Of a DNA stretch of 32,000 bases, positions 19,341 through 28,451 are shown one piece after another. Both the position numbers and the translations under genes were made by a program. The notes below the pieces were generated by a model that was not told the DNA's origin, did not search any database, and saw nothing but the letters and a program-made list of their open reading frames with translations. The DNA comes from Paramicrosporidium saccamoebae KSL3. Taxonomy: Eukaryota; Fungi; Cryptomycota. The stretch spans positions 225,253-257,252 of the forward strand of contig MTSL01000065.1 in assembly GCA_002794465.1 (NCBI GenBank), read 5' to 3'. The first letter of the stretch is position 1, and each line of letters starts with the position of its first letter.

Positions 19341-19867
19341 ACAGTACCGCCCCCATAAACTATCACGTATTTAATTTTGTTCAGAATGGTTCCGCTCTGT
19401 TATCTGATTTTGGTTACTCGGGCTTTGGCTTGCGCCTCCCGCAAAATTGGCCTCGTCATCGCGGAAATATGTATATTAATTCATTGCAGTCCTTAGGTAG
19501 AACTAAAGACAAGTAAAAACGGAAACCCTGGTCGCTTTTATAGGGCCGGGCCCTGCGCGGGCCTTGCACCAATTATGGGATACCGTTTAATGGGACAATA
19601 ATGTGCGGTGGGGCAATTAAAAGCAGTAGCGTACATTCGTAATAGGTTAGAACGCCGATTGCATCTATTTTAACACAATTATGCTCACGGAATCCGCAAT
19701 ATGTTCAAATGAACATTGGTATTGTGTGAAACGGAGAAGATGGTTCATTAAAAGATGTGGCGCATTTACAGATAGCCATCTTCAATATAACGGATCTGAC
19801 TAGTGATGTCGCAGTCTGTATTAGAATCGTCGACCATCAGCGGATATTGTCTTACGATTGCCATACG

Positions 19868-19938
19868 GCTACATTGGGGCTTTTCAAACATCTAGAAGCA
19901 CTGCACCGCTGTAGATGCTTAAAAAGTCCCGGTATAGC
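19868..19938. repeat. Imperfect long inverted repeat (about 30-nt arms, 8-nt loop)
   Basis: Left arm GGGGCTTTTCAAACATCTAGA vs reverse complement of the right arm GGGACTTTTTAAGCATCTACA (17/21 identical). Pairing extends outward through GCTA/TAGC and inward through AGC/GCT. Confidence 0.8.
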
Positions 19939-20172
19939 TTGTTGATTGTCTACGTTCTCGCACATGTAGACGTCTTGGTATATTTGGAGCGCAGCATCGC
20001 TAAAATATTTGGCTAGATTGGATATTCGTCCATGTGTTGTGTGGTAGGGGTAACATCACGTACTCTGTCAGTACTATTTTTGTGGGCAGAAAGGGAACTC
20101 GCTTATTACCGATCTATAGCCCCTTAAATGAAGTACTAATGACATGCGCAGGATGATGTAGGCACTGCCTCC

Positions 20173-20210
20173 ATTGGCGGCCCAGCTATCACATTTCCTT
20201 TATATAAATA
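20173..20210 (+). promoter_or_regulatory. CCAAT box plus TATA box upstream of the orphan membrane-protein gene
   Basis: ATTGG at 20173-20177 and TATATAAATA at 20201-20210, about 85 nt before the ATG at 20293. Confidence 0.45.
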
Positions 20211-20292
20211 GTCATTCCACATATTACCACCCAAAAGGCACCTTTATTGGATCCTAACAACTGTAGAGCTACTCCGTCCTCTCCATTCAACA

Positions 20293-21129
20293 ATGTATCT
20301 CAGATTCAAACCTGCCAAGGGAAATCCAGCTACTCTGAAACTAGTGAAATGTCTCTGCGTTTTCATCGATGCACTTTTGCTACTGTTCATGATGTGGAAC
20401 ATTGTCAATGTTTGCCATCCCTTCTGGGGGTGGATTATGTACGCCTCCATCTGGGTGGGCGTTGTTTCGTGTGCATTCTTTGTTTGGCTTATTGAGCGCT
20501 TTAGCCTCCGCTCATTTATAGTCGCCAAGTTTCGCCCTGAAGATCAACTCATGGCCAACGGCCCCCACGATGTGAAACATTTTGGGTTCTTCTTTTCGGC
20601 CTGGGCTAAACCCGATATCTTGACTCTAGGATACTATAATGAGGAAGATGAGGTAATCTGTCCGCGAAAACGGTATGTCAATCTTGGTAAAAGAAGAGAG
20701 TACAAGAAATGGCTGGGCTGGCTCATAGTCCTATCCACTGACGCCATCCCGGTGGTGCTGTTGCTTGCATTGCTCTGCGTCGGCCTTTTCCTTGGCATTG
20801 GTGCCATAATATTTTTTCTGATGGGTTGTGCCCTAGCAAGTCAGGTACATACAATCGGTCTTCGCTATGAATCGCAATATTTATGGAAAGACAAAATGTT
20901 CCTGGATGGACGATTCTGTACTCGCAAGCTCCACGGTGTGATGATGAATGTTCTGGAGGGGCCCGAAAGCGAGCTGCTCCTGGTACACTACGAAGTGGTC
21001 TTGTTCGATCATTATACAAAAAGTTCTTGGTTCAAATCTGCCTTGCTTATGTCCTGCCAGTGTTGCCGTTTACTGATGGATACCGTTCTGCTTGATTGTC
21101 GCCGTATTTTTTTTCCAGAAAGCGTGTAG
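20293..21129 (+). CDS. Uncharacterised multi-pass membrane protein, 278 aa
   Basis: Single ATG-initiated ORF with about 4 hydrophobic segments in two pairs (LCVFIDALLLLFMMW; FWGWIMYASIWVGVVSCAFFVWLI; IPVVLLLALLCVGLFLGIGAIIFFLMGCAL). No family recognised. Confidence 0.6.
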   Translation: MYLRFKPAKGNPATLKLVKCLCVFIDALLLLFMMWNIVNVCHPFWGWIMYASIWVGVVSCAFFVWLIERFSLRSFIVAKFRPEDQLMANGPHDVKHFGFFFSAWAKPDILTLGYYNEEDEVICPRKRYVNLGKRREYKKWLGWLIVLSTDAIPVVLLLALLCVGLFLGIGAIIFFLMGCALASQVHTIGLRYESQYLWKDKMFLDGRFCTRKLHGVMMNVLEGPESELLLVHYEVVLFDHYTKSSWFKSALLMSCQCCRLLMDTVLLDCRRIFFPESV

Positions 21130-21523
21130 GAGGACTGAATAGCATGGCATAAGCTCAGTGCACACAGACAGATAAACCAGTGCCGTCACCAAATATACTG
21201 CCGATGGAAGGGCCAGTAACGTCTTAAAGGGGACGTCGGTAGAAAGTGACTGAATTTGCCACAATATTTAAATCTCAGATGCTGAATTGTAGACGGTCTG
21301 AATCACGAGTCTTGAAATGGACAAAATCATCCGCGTCATCACAAAGACCTCGAGCAAAACAGTCCTCCAAATTGCCCCAGTGTCGACTTTAAAGAGTTGC
21401 CAATCGATACTCTGCATTGAGATTATCCTCTGAACCAAAGACAGCCTTGGCATTCATAGACCCGCGGGCTAATGCAATTAATAGATTTACTAACCTTTGC
21501 CGTTTCCCTGAATAGTCTATTGT

Positions 21524-22955
21524 TTATTTAGCGGATCTTTGCTTGCCGTTTGTCTTTGATGATTCTATCTTACTCGCTGCAGTCATTTGATGGTCACTCT
21601 TGACCCGCTTTGCTGGTGGTACCGAAGCAGTGTTTGGCGGCTTTTTAATGGGTGCTGACTTGGCATTGATCGGTTTCTTTGCGAGTCCAACCGTGGAAGT
21701 ATCCGACTTTTTGTGAACCATGGGCTTGGTATTCACCGGTTTAGATACGGACTTTGTGGGCCCAGCTGTGGAAACATTTGGCTTTCTGTGAACCATGGGT
21801 TTGGTACTCACCGGCTTAGATGCCGATTTTGTGAACCCAGTTGTGGGAGCATTTGGCTTTTTGTGAACCATGGGCTTGTTATTCATCGACTTGGATGCCA
21901 GTTTTGCGAGCTTTCTTTCTTTCCTAATCTCGGCTGGGTGCTTGGGTGTTGTCGGCGTTGATTCTTCGGGAACTGGCTTGTGCTTTGCTTCTAATTTTGG
22001 CATGAAAGACGTCCGGCCAGGTCCCGGATTTGTGCGTGACTCGCTAACTGGGTTCTTTGTGTCAGTTGGACTCTGATGCGACTTTTTCATGTCTTTGAAT
22101 TGCTGCTTGACGGCCGCCCGCTTCTCGTATCGAGCCTTCTTCACTTGTTGATATCCAGGTTTGGCGCATTTTGACACCCGAAGGGGTCGCCCTTCGCAAA
22201 TGGAACCGTTTAACTGCACAGCAAGCTCAACCGCAGCCTTCTCCTTAAATGCCACATATCCGAACCCTTTTCCAAGACCCGTTTCCTTGTCTCGGATGAC
22301 TCGGACATACGAAATGGGGCCACAAGATTCAAAAACCTTCCAGAGACTTTCGTCACTCACAGCCAACGGAAGATTTCCAATGAATACAGATTTTTTGGTT
22401 GCAGGTTTTTGGTCAGAATTAGCAGCAACATCTACGCGAAGATGATGGCCCTCAAAAAGCGTGCCGTTCAGCGCTTCGCCAGCCTTCACTGCAGATTCGG
22501 CGTCTGCCATCACCACAAAAGCGTTGCAAGAGGCACGTCCCTCAATAGTCTTTCCGGTAATGTACGCAACCCGCTTTGGCATAGCCTTTTCTCCAACCAA
22601 AGAACGAAACCGGATGGACTCGACAGTACCATGCACACCAAAGAGCGTTTTGAAGCTGCGTTGCAGCTTTTTCTCCTGAACAAGCGATATGGGCACATTT
22701 CCGACAAAAAGGGTCCGTGCAAGACGTTCGGGTGACTCGGGCTCCTTTTCTTTTGCGACTTTGTCTTCTTCGACACGCGTTTTCTGGATCTCACGAGACC
22801 GGCGTGTCTTTTCGGAAATGTGGGCCGGTTTTGAAATATCGGGTAGTACCAACTTTACTGGCACATCAGAAAAAACAGCGGGCTTCTACGTGGATATTAG
22901 CAAGAACCATAAGGAATACAGGCTTCTGAAATAACTCTGCCAACTCGAGGTCCAT
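21524..22955 (-). CDS. NOP12: Nucleolar RRM protein Nop12/RBM34, 2 exons
   Basis: Exons 22955-22920 and 22885-21524; 34-nt intron 22919-22886. RRM1 RTLFVGNVP...VESIRFRS and RRM2 SVFIGNLP...VRVIRDKETGLGKGFGYVAF. Confidence 0.9.
21707..21888 (-). repeat. 75-bp (25-aa) coding tandem repeat in the Nop12 C-terminal tail
   Basis: GTGAACCATGG recurs at 21713, 21788 and 21863, giving the peptide KPMVH(K/R)K three times at 25-aa spacing. Confidence 0.9.
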
Positions 22956-22973
22956 ATTCTTGCAAGCCCTGGA

Positions 22974-23845
22974 ATGAAACCACGACCTGTGGATATTAGT
23001 GCCTCGAGTGTACACCTTGTTATTAGTTTCCCATGTCTTGATAGTTCTTGGAGCTCAAGTCGCAAGTATTAAAGAAACAGCAAGAAGCCAAAGCCGCTCG
23101 GGATGCCCCAACTCGGGGTTCAAAATCTGGATCTGTTCCTTGGTTGCGGCCGTCTTTGGGGAAAGAAAAGCTAGTTCCTGCAAAGAGAAGCATCTCGTCT
23201 GAAGAAGCGGAAACCTGGGCAAAGAGCCAAGAAGCATTAGAGAGAAAGGCCCGACTTTATGACGCGCTACAGAGTGGAGATATGGACATACAGAGCATAT
23301 CAACAGAGGCTCAACGTGAAGCCATTTTGGTGAATTTTGACAAGAAAGGCTGGGATGAGAAGAAGCAAGAATATGTGGGGATTGTTGAAAATTTAAAGCC
23401 AGAGGATCCGTTTGAATTCCTTGCAAAATTGTACAACGTACCCAAACCGGAAACGCTTATTGAATATGTTGACGAGTTTGGGCGTACTCGCCTAATTGGA
23501 CCTGGAGAAAAGGCTAGACGAGATGCTGAACAGGAAGAAACCAGACAGCTCCTCTTGAAATTCGATCAAGGCGAGCACTTTGACGAACCTGCGCAGCCAT
23601 TACACTACGAAGCTGATCGGGAAATTAGAAACAAGGGAGTCGGCTTTTTCTTGTTTTCCAAAGACGAACAAGAGCGACAAAGACAGATGAGGGCTTTAGA
23701 CGAGTTGAGAAATAATACCGTGGAGCAGCGAAAAAAGGCACTCATCGGCAAGGAACAAAAGCGGCTTCGTGCTCAATCAAGAATGGCTCTGATCCAGGCA
23801 CGGCGGAAAAAATACGAAACCAATCTTAGTAGAGGACACGACTAA
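22974..23845 (+). CDS. CCDC174: CCDC174/DUF4078-like coiled-coil protein, 2 exons
   Basis: Exons 22974-23009 and 23045-23845; 35-nt intron. The spliced N-terminus VDISASSFLELKSQVLKKQQE, ALERKARLYD, IEYVDEFGRTR and HYEADREIRNKGVGFFLFSKDEQERQRQM match the family pattern. Confidence 0.8.
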
Positions 23846-23884
23846 AGCAGAGCTTTATTTATAGGACAGGGTGCTGGCCTGTCT

Positions 23885-25451
23885 TCAACCTGTATAATAT
23901 TTTGTCTAAATGAATGGATTAGCCTTGCTAGAGTAGTACCTGCAGGTCTTGCCAATATGTAGAAATTTTTTCAGAAGCATTCTGAAATGAGCCTCGCACC
24001 GATTCCTTGACATTGGCAACATCGATGGCCGTGACTCTTTCAGAAACCTTTTCATATATCCGTCCCGCCATTTCCTTTGGCGAAAATTCTAAATTGTAAT
24101 AGTACCATGCAGGAGATGGAAAATAAGAATGAGAGATCATGGAATCAGAGAACGTTATGACATGGTCAGTACTTTGAAGATTAGGTTGGTAACCGGGCAT
24201 AGCCTGATCCATCACCACGATCTTCTTGGCTGGCACTATCAAAGTCGTCCTCGTCACTTCCCAAAAATTCCTTGTCCACAAAGGTTTTAATTCGCGATAG
24301 TATACCTGCTGCCCCGCCGCCTCCTTCATAAGGTTCTTCGTCGTCTGGGTTAAAGAACTGTCCAGACGATACTGACGTGGCTCCTTGAATATTGCGCAAT
24401 CGCTCCTGATTGGCATAGTTTTCTTCATGGTTGTCACCTTTAAAATACTGATCAGACGACATGGACTTTAATCCCGTCACCTTTTTTTGAGTGCTGGCGG
24501 ATGGGGAGGGTGTGTACGTCGTTTCCTTGGCTTGTGGAGCCTGAGACAAGTTCATCTTGCGCATCCCCATCCCAAGTCGCTCCATGGCAGCCTGTTGTTC
24601 CTTCGACACCTGTGGGGCCTGAGGAGGAGCTTTTTTTGCTGCGCTAGGCGCTATTGGGGCTGCCGATTTGACCGGCTCCTCCTTGGGCGCCACCACCTCT
24701 TTGGCCTTTTGTTCTTCTCTGGCCTTTGCTTCGAGCTGATCAAAGCTGACATTAGTTTTGACAGCTCCAAGCTTTCCCGTCTTGATCACTGGCTTTCTGG
24801 GAGGCAGTCCGGTTATAGAAGGAGACGAGACGGGAGATTGATGCCGGAATCCGCCATCTTCCTCAGTCACAAGCGTTTTTTTTCCATTTGTCGACTCTGT
24901 GAGGTCTGAAAGGGACTCGACAGATTTCGCATCAACAAATTTATCAGCCTCGTCTTCGGCAGCCAGCTGCGAATCTTCGGCAAACGGATTCTCGGGGTTC
25001 CGACGAACGTCTGTCTGAACCTTTTCAGACAGTCGCTTCTTGTAGTCTCTAGCTGCACGACTGTCATATTTGGCCGCACTAGCCGGCGTCATTCCAACAC
25101 GAGCGCCGAGGGCTGCGCCGGCTGCAGAGTTTCCACCAAGTTTCATGGTCCGAAGCTGCAGGTCATTCCATGAATCAAGGACGGTGGACCTAATATTAGA
25201 TAGTAGGCTTTACAAATACCTGACAAATGTTATATGCACACCAAGCTGCCTCTGGATAGCTGCACAATCAAGACAAATAAAAACTCCAAAAGACGCCGAC
25301 GCCCACGTAGGATTTCTGGCCCCACAATCAAAGCAAACCTAAGGTGGTGAACACGCCAGAGTTATGTAGATACTTGGTCGTCTTTCCGCGTTCGCAACCT
25401 CTTGAAAAGGTCGGTAACGTCGGCCTTATTGAATGTTTCTTGGCTGCTCAT
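23885..25451 (-). CDS. GLO3: ADP-ribosylation factor GAP, Glo3/ARFGAP2-3 type (one junction unresolved)
   Basis: Exons 25451-25374, 25338-25220, 25189-24194, about 24171-23940 and 23905-23885. Clear introns of 35, 30 and 34 nt. Zinc finger [40 protein letters not shown] and the Glo3 motif ([16 protein letters not shown]). The link between 24194 and about 24090 needs a 22-nt GTT intron or a frameshift. Confidence 0.9.
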
Positions 25452-25610
25452 GCTAGCCTGGTTGGTAGAGTGAACACTGAATGGAGCCTCCCGGCTATTT
25501 GCTGCTCAGGAAAACAATTTTATCTGATTGGCTAAAAATAGCTATAGGATGTTAGAGTATATCTATGGATCATGAATACCAATAGTCAGTTGGTAGACGG
25601 ATGTCTTTAT

Positions 25611-25673
25611 TAAAGTATGAGTTGCCTTTGTTAAAGCATTAAGTGCCATTAGTAAAGTATGAAATGCCTTCAT
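25611..25673. repeat. Degenerate 21-bp tandem repeat, 3 copies
   Basis: TAAAGTATGAGTTGCCTTTGT / TAAAGCATTAAGTGCCATTAG / TAAAGTATGAAATGCCTTCAT at 25611, 25632 and 25653. Confidence 0.6.
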
Positions 25674-25821
25674 AGGCCACCACCTTTAGTATGGCGAGTT
25701 CAAATTATGGGAATGTTTATCGAGATCGTGGGGTCTATGTACCGGGATTTAGGAGTAGCCAGCTGGATTAGGATTGCTAATCATAAGCGGAAATTGTTAA
25801 GCAGGAACGCTCGATCATTTA

Positions 25822-26439
25822 CTAATTTTCTCCAAAATGATCAGGTAGACTAGTCTTTTGCAACGGTTCCGAGTTTGCACGGACCCAGGTCTTGCCTTCC
25901 AAGTCACGGGGATCAATGGTAAAGTCAATGGGAGGATACAAACGCGGCTTTCTAAGAAAAAGCTGCTTCAATGCGCTAGGCTGTATAGCGAGTTTCAGAG
26001 GAGGAGGAGCACCAGACTGCATGGCAATCTTGGATGGCGACCAGATGTCATCGGAAAACCCAGCTGTGGAAGGAATGGTTGGCGGGATGGTAGTATGGTC
26101 TTGATGGATCTCAAACTCTTCCATTTGTCCAGCATGAATTGTTGGTGATTGGGGTTCCAGTGAACCAGAAACAATCTCGTCCCGTGAATTAATCTTCAAT
26201 AAGGCAATCTGTTGGCTTGGGCTGGTGTTTGGACTTTTAAGTGATATCGAAGGCCTTGAAACTAACGGCATTGCGGAGGCTCGGTCAATGTTGGAGATGT
26301 CTTGCAGGATGCGTCGTTCGCCTTCAGCTATGGATCTACGCATCCCATCTATTTCCTTGGACTTTGAAGGAATGCCACTGCTTTTGCGGCTATATGTCAC
26401 TAGCCTCTTGGACTCTTGCGGATTCTTGGACTCCTGCAT
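25822..26439 (-). CDS. Uncharacterised, probably disordered S/P-rich protein with TYSRK and D-box motifs, 205 aa
   Basis: ATG-initiated ORF filling the gap between GLO3 and SDHAF4. Contains RLVTYSRK (aa 12-19), RRILQDISN (aa 42-50) and several SP sites including SPSK. Confidence 0.6.
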   Translation of the reverse strand: MQESKNPQESKRLVTYSRKSSGIPSKSKEIDGMRRSIAEGERRILQDISNIDRASAMPLVSRPSISLKSPNTSPSQQIALLKINSRDEIVSGSLEPQSPTIHAGQMEEFEIHQDHTTIPPTIPSTAGFSDDIWSPSKIAMQSGAPPPLKLAIQPSALKQLFLRKPRLYPPIDFTIDPRDLEGKTWVRANSEPLQKTSLPDHFGEN

Positions 26440-26471
26440 AAATATTGTCGTCCACTGACAAGGGATGCATC

Positions 26472-26798
26472 ATGCGGACTTTTCTTTTCCGGAGAGCCCC
26501 TCTGCGGCTTCATAATATCCGTTACCGACTAATGAGTGACTCGTTCGATAGCCCGAGGCCTATTCCTTTGGGAGATTCCGAAGCACAGAAAGAATTTGAA
26601 ATGCTCCAAAAGCAGTTTTCCAAGGTCACAGAGATTTTATCGGCGCAGGGTGAAACCGGATTTGCTCGGGAGGAAGCAGATGCTAATATAGATAAAAGTG
26701 GCCGGAACAAGGTTACGGGTGAAGTAAACGGTCCCAAGGGTAGAGAGCCGACAAGATTCGGGGATTGGGAACGCAAAGGAAGGGTGTCGGACTTTTGA
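26472..26798 (+). CDS. SDHAF4: Succinate dehydrogenase assembly factor 4 (Sdh8, DUF1674)
   Basis: C-terminal GEVNGPKGREPTRFGDWERKGRVSDF is the family signature. The Arg-rich, acid-free N-terminus from ATG 26472 looks like a mitochondrial presequence. Confidence 0.95.
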   Translation: MRTFLFRRAPLRLHNIRYRLMSDSFDSPRPIPLGDSEAQKEFEMLQKQFSKVTEILSAQGETGFAREEADANIDKSGRNKVTGEVNGPKGREPTRFGDWERKGRVSDF

Positions 26799-26864
26799 AG
26801 AGAGGGGTCAAATAAATTCTCTTTCTGCCCGCCTACAGAGACTAGACCACGGTTGTCCAAGACA

Positions 26865-27753
26865 ATGAGTGGAATTCGAGGCGGAAAATTAAAGCTGAAG
26901 GGTGACAAGTCCAGGTAGTTCTCTCCATGTCTTGCCGTAATCACGTAGGACTCCCCGAGTGGACAAAATTACCAAGAGAGCTAAACCAGCTGAACGTCCT
27001 ATTGAGACTGGGGACCAAGGTTTATACATGAATATTCTGATCGTCTAGGTTGGGCTACGGCAGAACATGTGTCCGAGCTAAATGGGCCACTTGTCCTGAT
27101 TGCTATGGATGATGTACCGCTAGTGCTTTGCTGCGATGAAGGTGGACTAGTGACCTCAAAAGCCGCCAGCGAGCTTCAGCTCTCCTCAGAGGCCACACAA
27201 GTCGAGCCCAACGACACTTTGCAGGTCTTTGTTGGACAATCTCTTATTCCTGGCCAGTACTCGCTGAAAAGCGCCTTTGGAAAATACCTAACAAGCGATT
27301 CTGTGGGAAAAGTCGCAGGAAATCGCGATGCAGTTGGCCCGAGCGAAGAATGGGTTCCCATGAAGGTTGACGGCGGCTTTGCACTTCAAAACATCCATGG
27401 AAGATACCTTTCTGTCGATCGTGAGTCTGGAAAGGTCCGTGCAGATTCAGAAGTGATTGGGTTCGCAGAAACTTTTTATATTCGCTGCCATGCATCCAGA
27501 AAAAAGAAGGAAGGCCGTCTTACAATTACGGCCCCAGAAGAATATGACCTTGATAGTGTTGAGCTGGAACAAGCGTAGGGTGTCCCATGTTTACTAACCT
27601 TAATATAGTCGAAAGTCGGTTAGTTGGGGCGGAGGGCGCATAAAGATGAGCCAGAGTTCACGCCGAGATTTAGCTGGGGCCGAAGAGGAAGGCCGACTAC
27701 ATGAAGCTCTACTCGATCAAAGGACGAGATCCAAACATGATCCATTTTGCTGA
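26865..27753 (+). CDS. FRG1: FRG1-like protein (fascin-like beta-trefoil), 4 exons
   Basis: Exons 26865-26914, 26949-27019, 27049-27574, 27609-27753; introns of 34, 29 (GTT donor) and 34 nt. Motifs GGKLKLKG, LKSAFGKYLTSD...RDAVGPSEEW and C-terminal EGRLHEALLDQRTRSKHDPFC. Confidence 0.92.
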
Positions 27754-27819
27754 GCCCCCATAAGATGTTTATAAAGTTGATTTTTCTAGACGAAACTTTG
27801 TTCAGACCTCTGACGAATT

Positions 27820-28424
27820 TTAAACAAAAAGAGAGGGTCTTCGTGTGCGGTAATTGATTCTCTGGCGGAACTTGCGCTTTCGCTTGAGCTGGCGGAGCTT
27901 ATCCTGCCTCTGCCAATTCACAACCAGCTCGCCTTCCTGAGGCGGTGCATGGTTTTCGTGAACTGCGGTAACCAGTTGACTGGCCTTGCTGTGTATCTTT
28001 GCGCGTTCTGTGAGGATAGTCTTTATGCGAGCCATAGACAGCCGACACTAAAATGTATTAGAGCAAGATGTAGGGCTACCTTGTGGACGCGATGCATGCC
28101 AAACCACCGTTGTCCCATTCTCGCCGCCTCGGCTTTTTGCGTCGCTAATAAATTCATCTCTTTCAACAATACAAACCAAAGCTTATGCAGGTCTTCAAAT
28201 GACTTGAGACGAATCTCATTCGAGTCCCAGGCACGTCCATAGGTTTGCTTCGCAGCGGGGTCGAAAGGTGGCAAGGATTTGCCATTTTCAAAGAATTCTC
28301 CCAGGCCGAACAGGGCTTTCGATTGATGCAGTGAGCGCATTGAAATTATTCGGCTCCATCCAAAAGTCATAGGTTGACGAATGCCTCCCACAGCAGACCT
28401 CCCAAATCGCAACAAGACACCCAT
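27820..28424 (-). CDS. MRPL47: Mitochondrial large-subunit ribosomal protein uL29m (MRPL47/MrpL4), 2 exons
   Basis: Exons 28424-28080 and 28047-27820; 32-nt intron. GRAWDSNEIRLKSFEDLHKLWFVLLKEMNLLAT and spliced KCRLSMARIKTILTER. Confidence 0.93.
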
Positions 28425-28451
28425 TACTTTAAAACGCTCTTACTTTTTCTT

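Noticed and set aside
19602-19964. Possible fourth, degraded LTR-like copy (TGTGCGGTGGGG... to ...CTACG...CACA)
   Set aside because: Only short terminal resemblance. There are no shared internal blocks and no target-site duplication (ATAA vs TGTA).
19921-20106. AAAGTCCC and GCTTA motifs suggestive of the RNase P/MRP P4 helix
   Set aside because: The two strands do not form a convincing P4 pairing, and the flanking conserved regions are absent.
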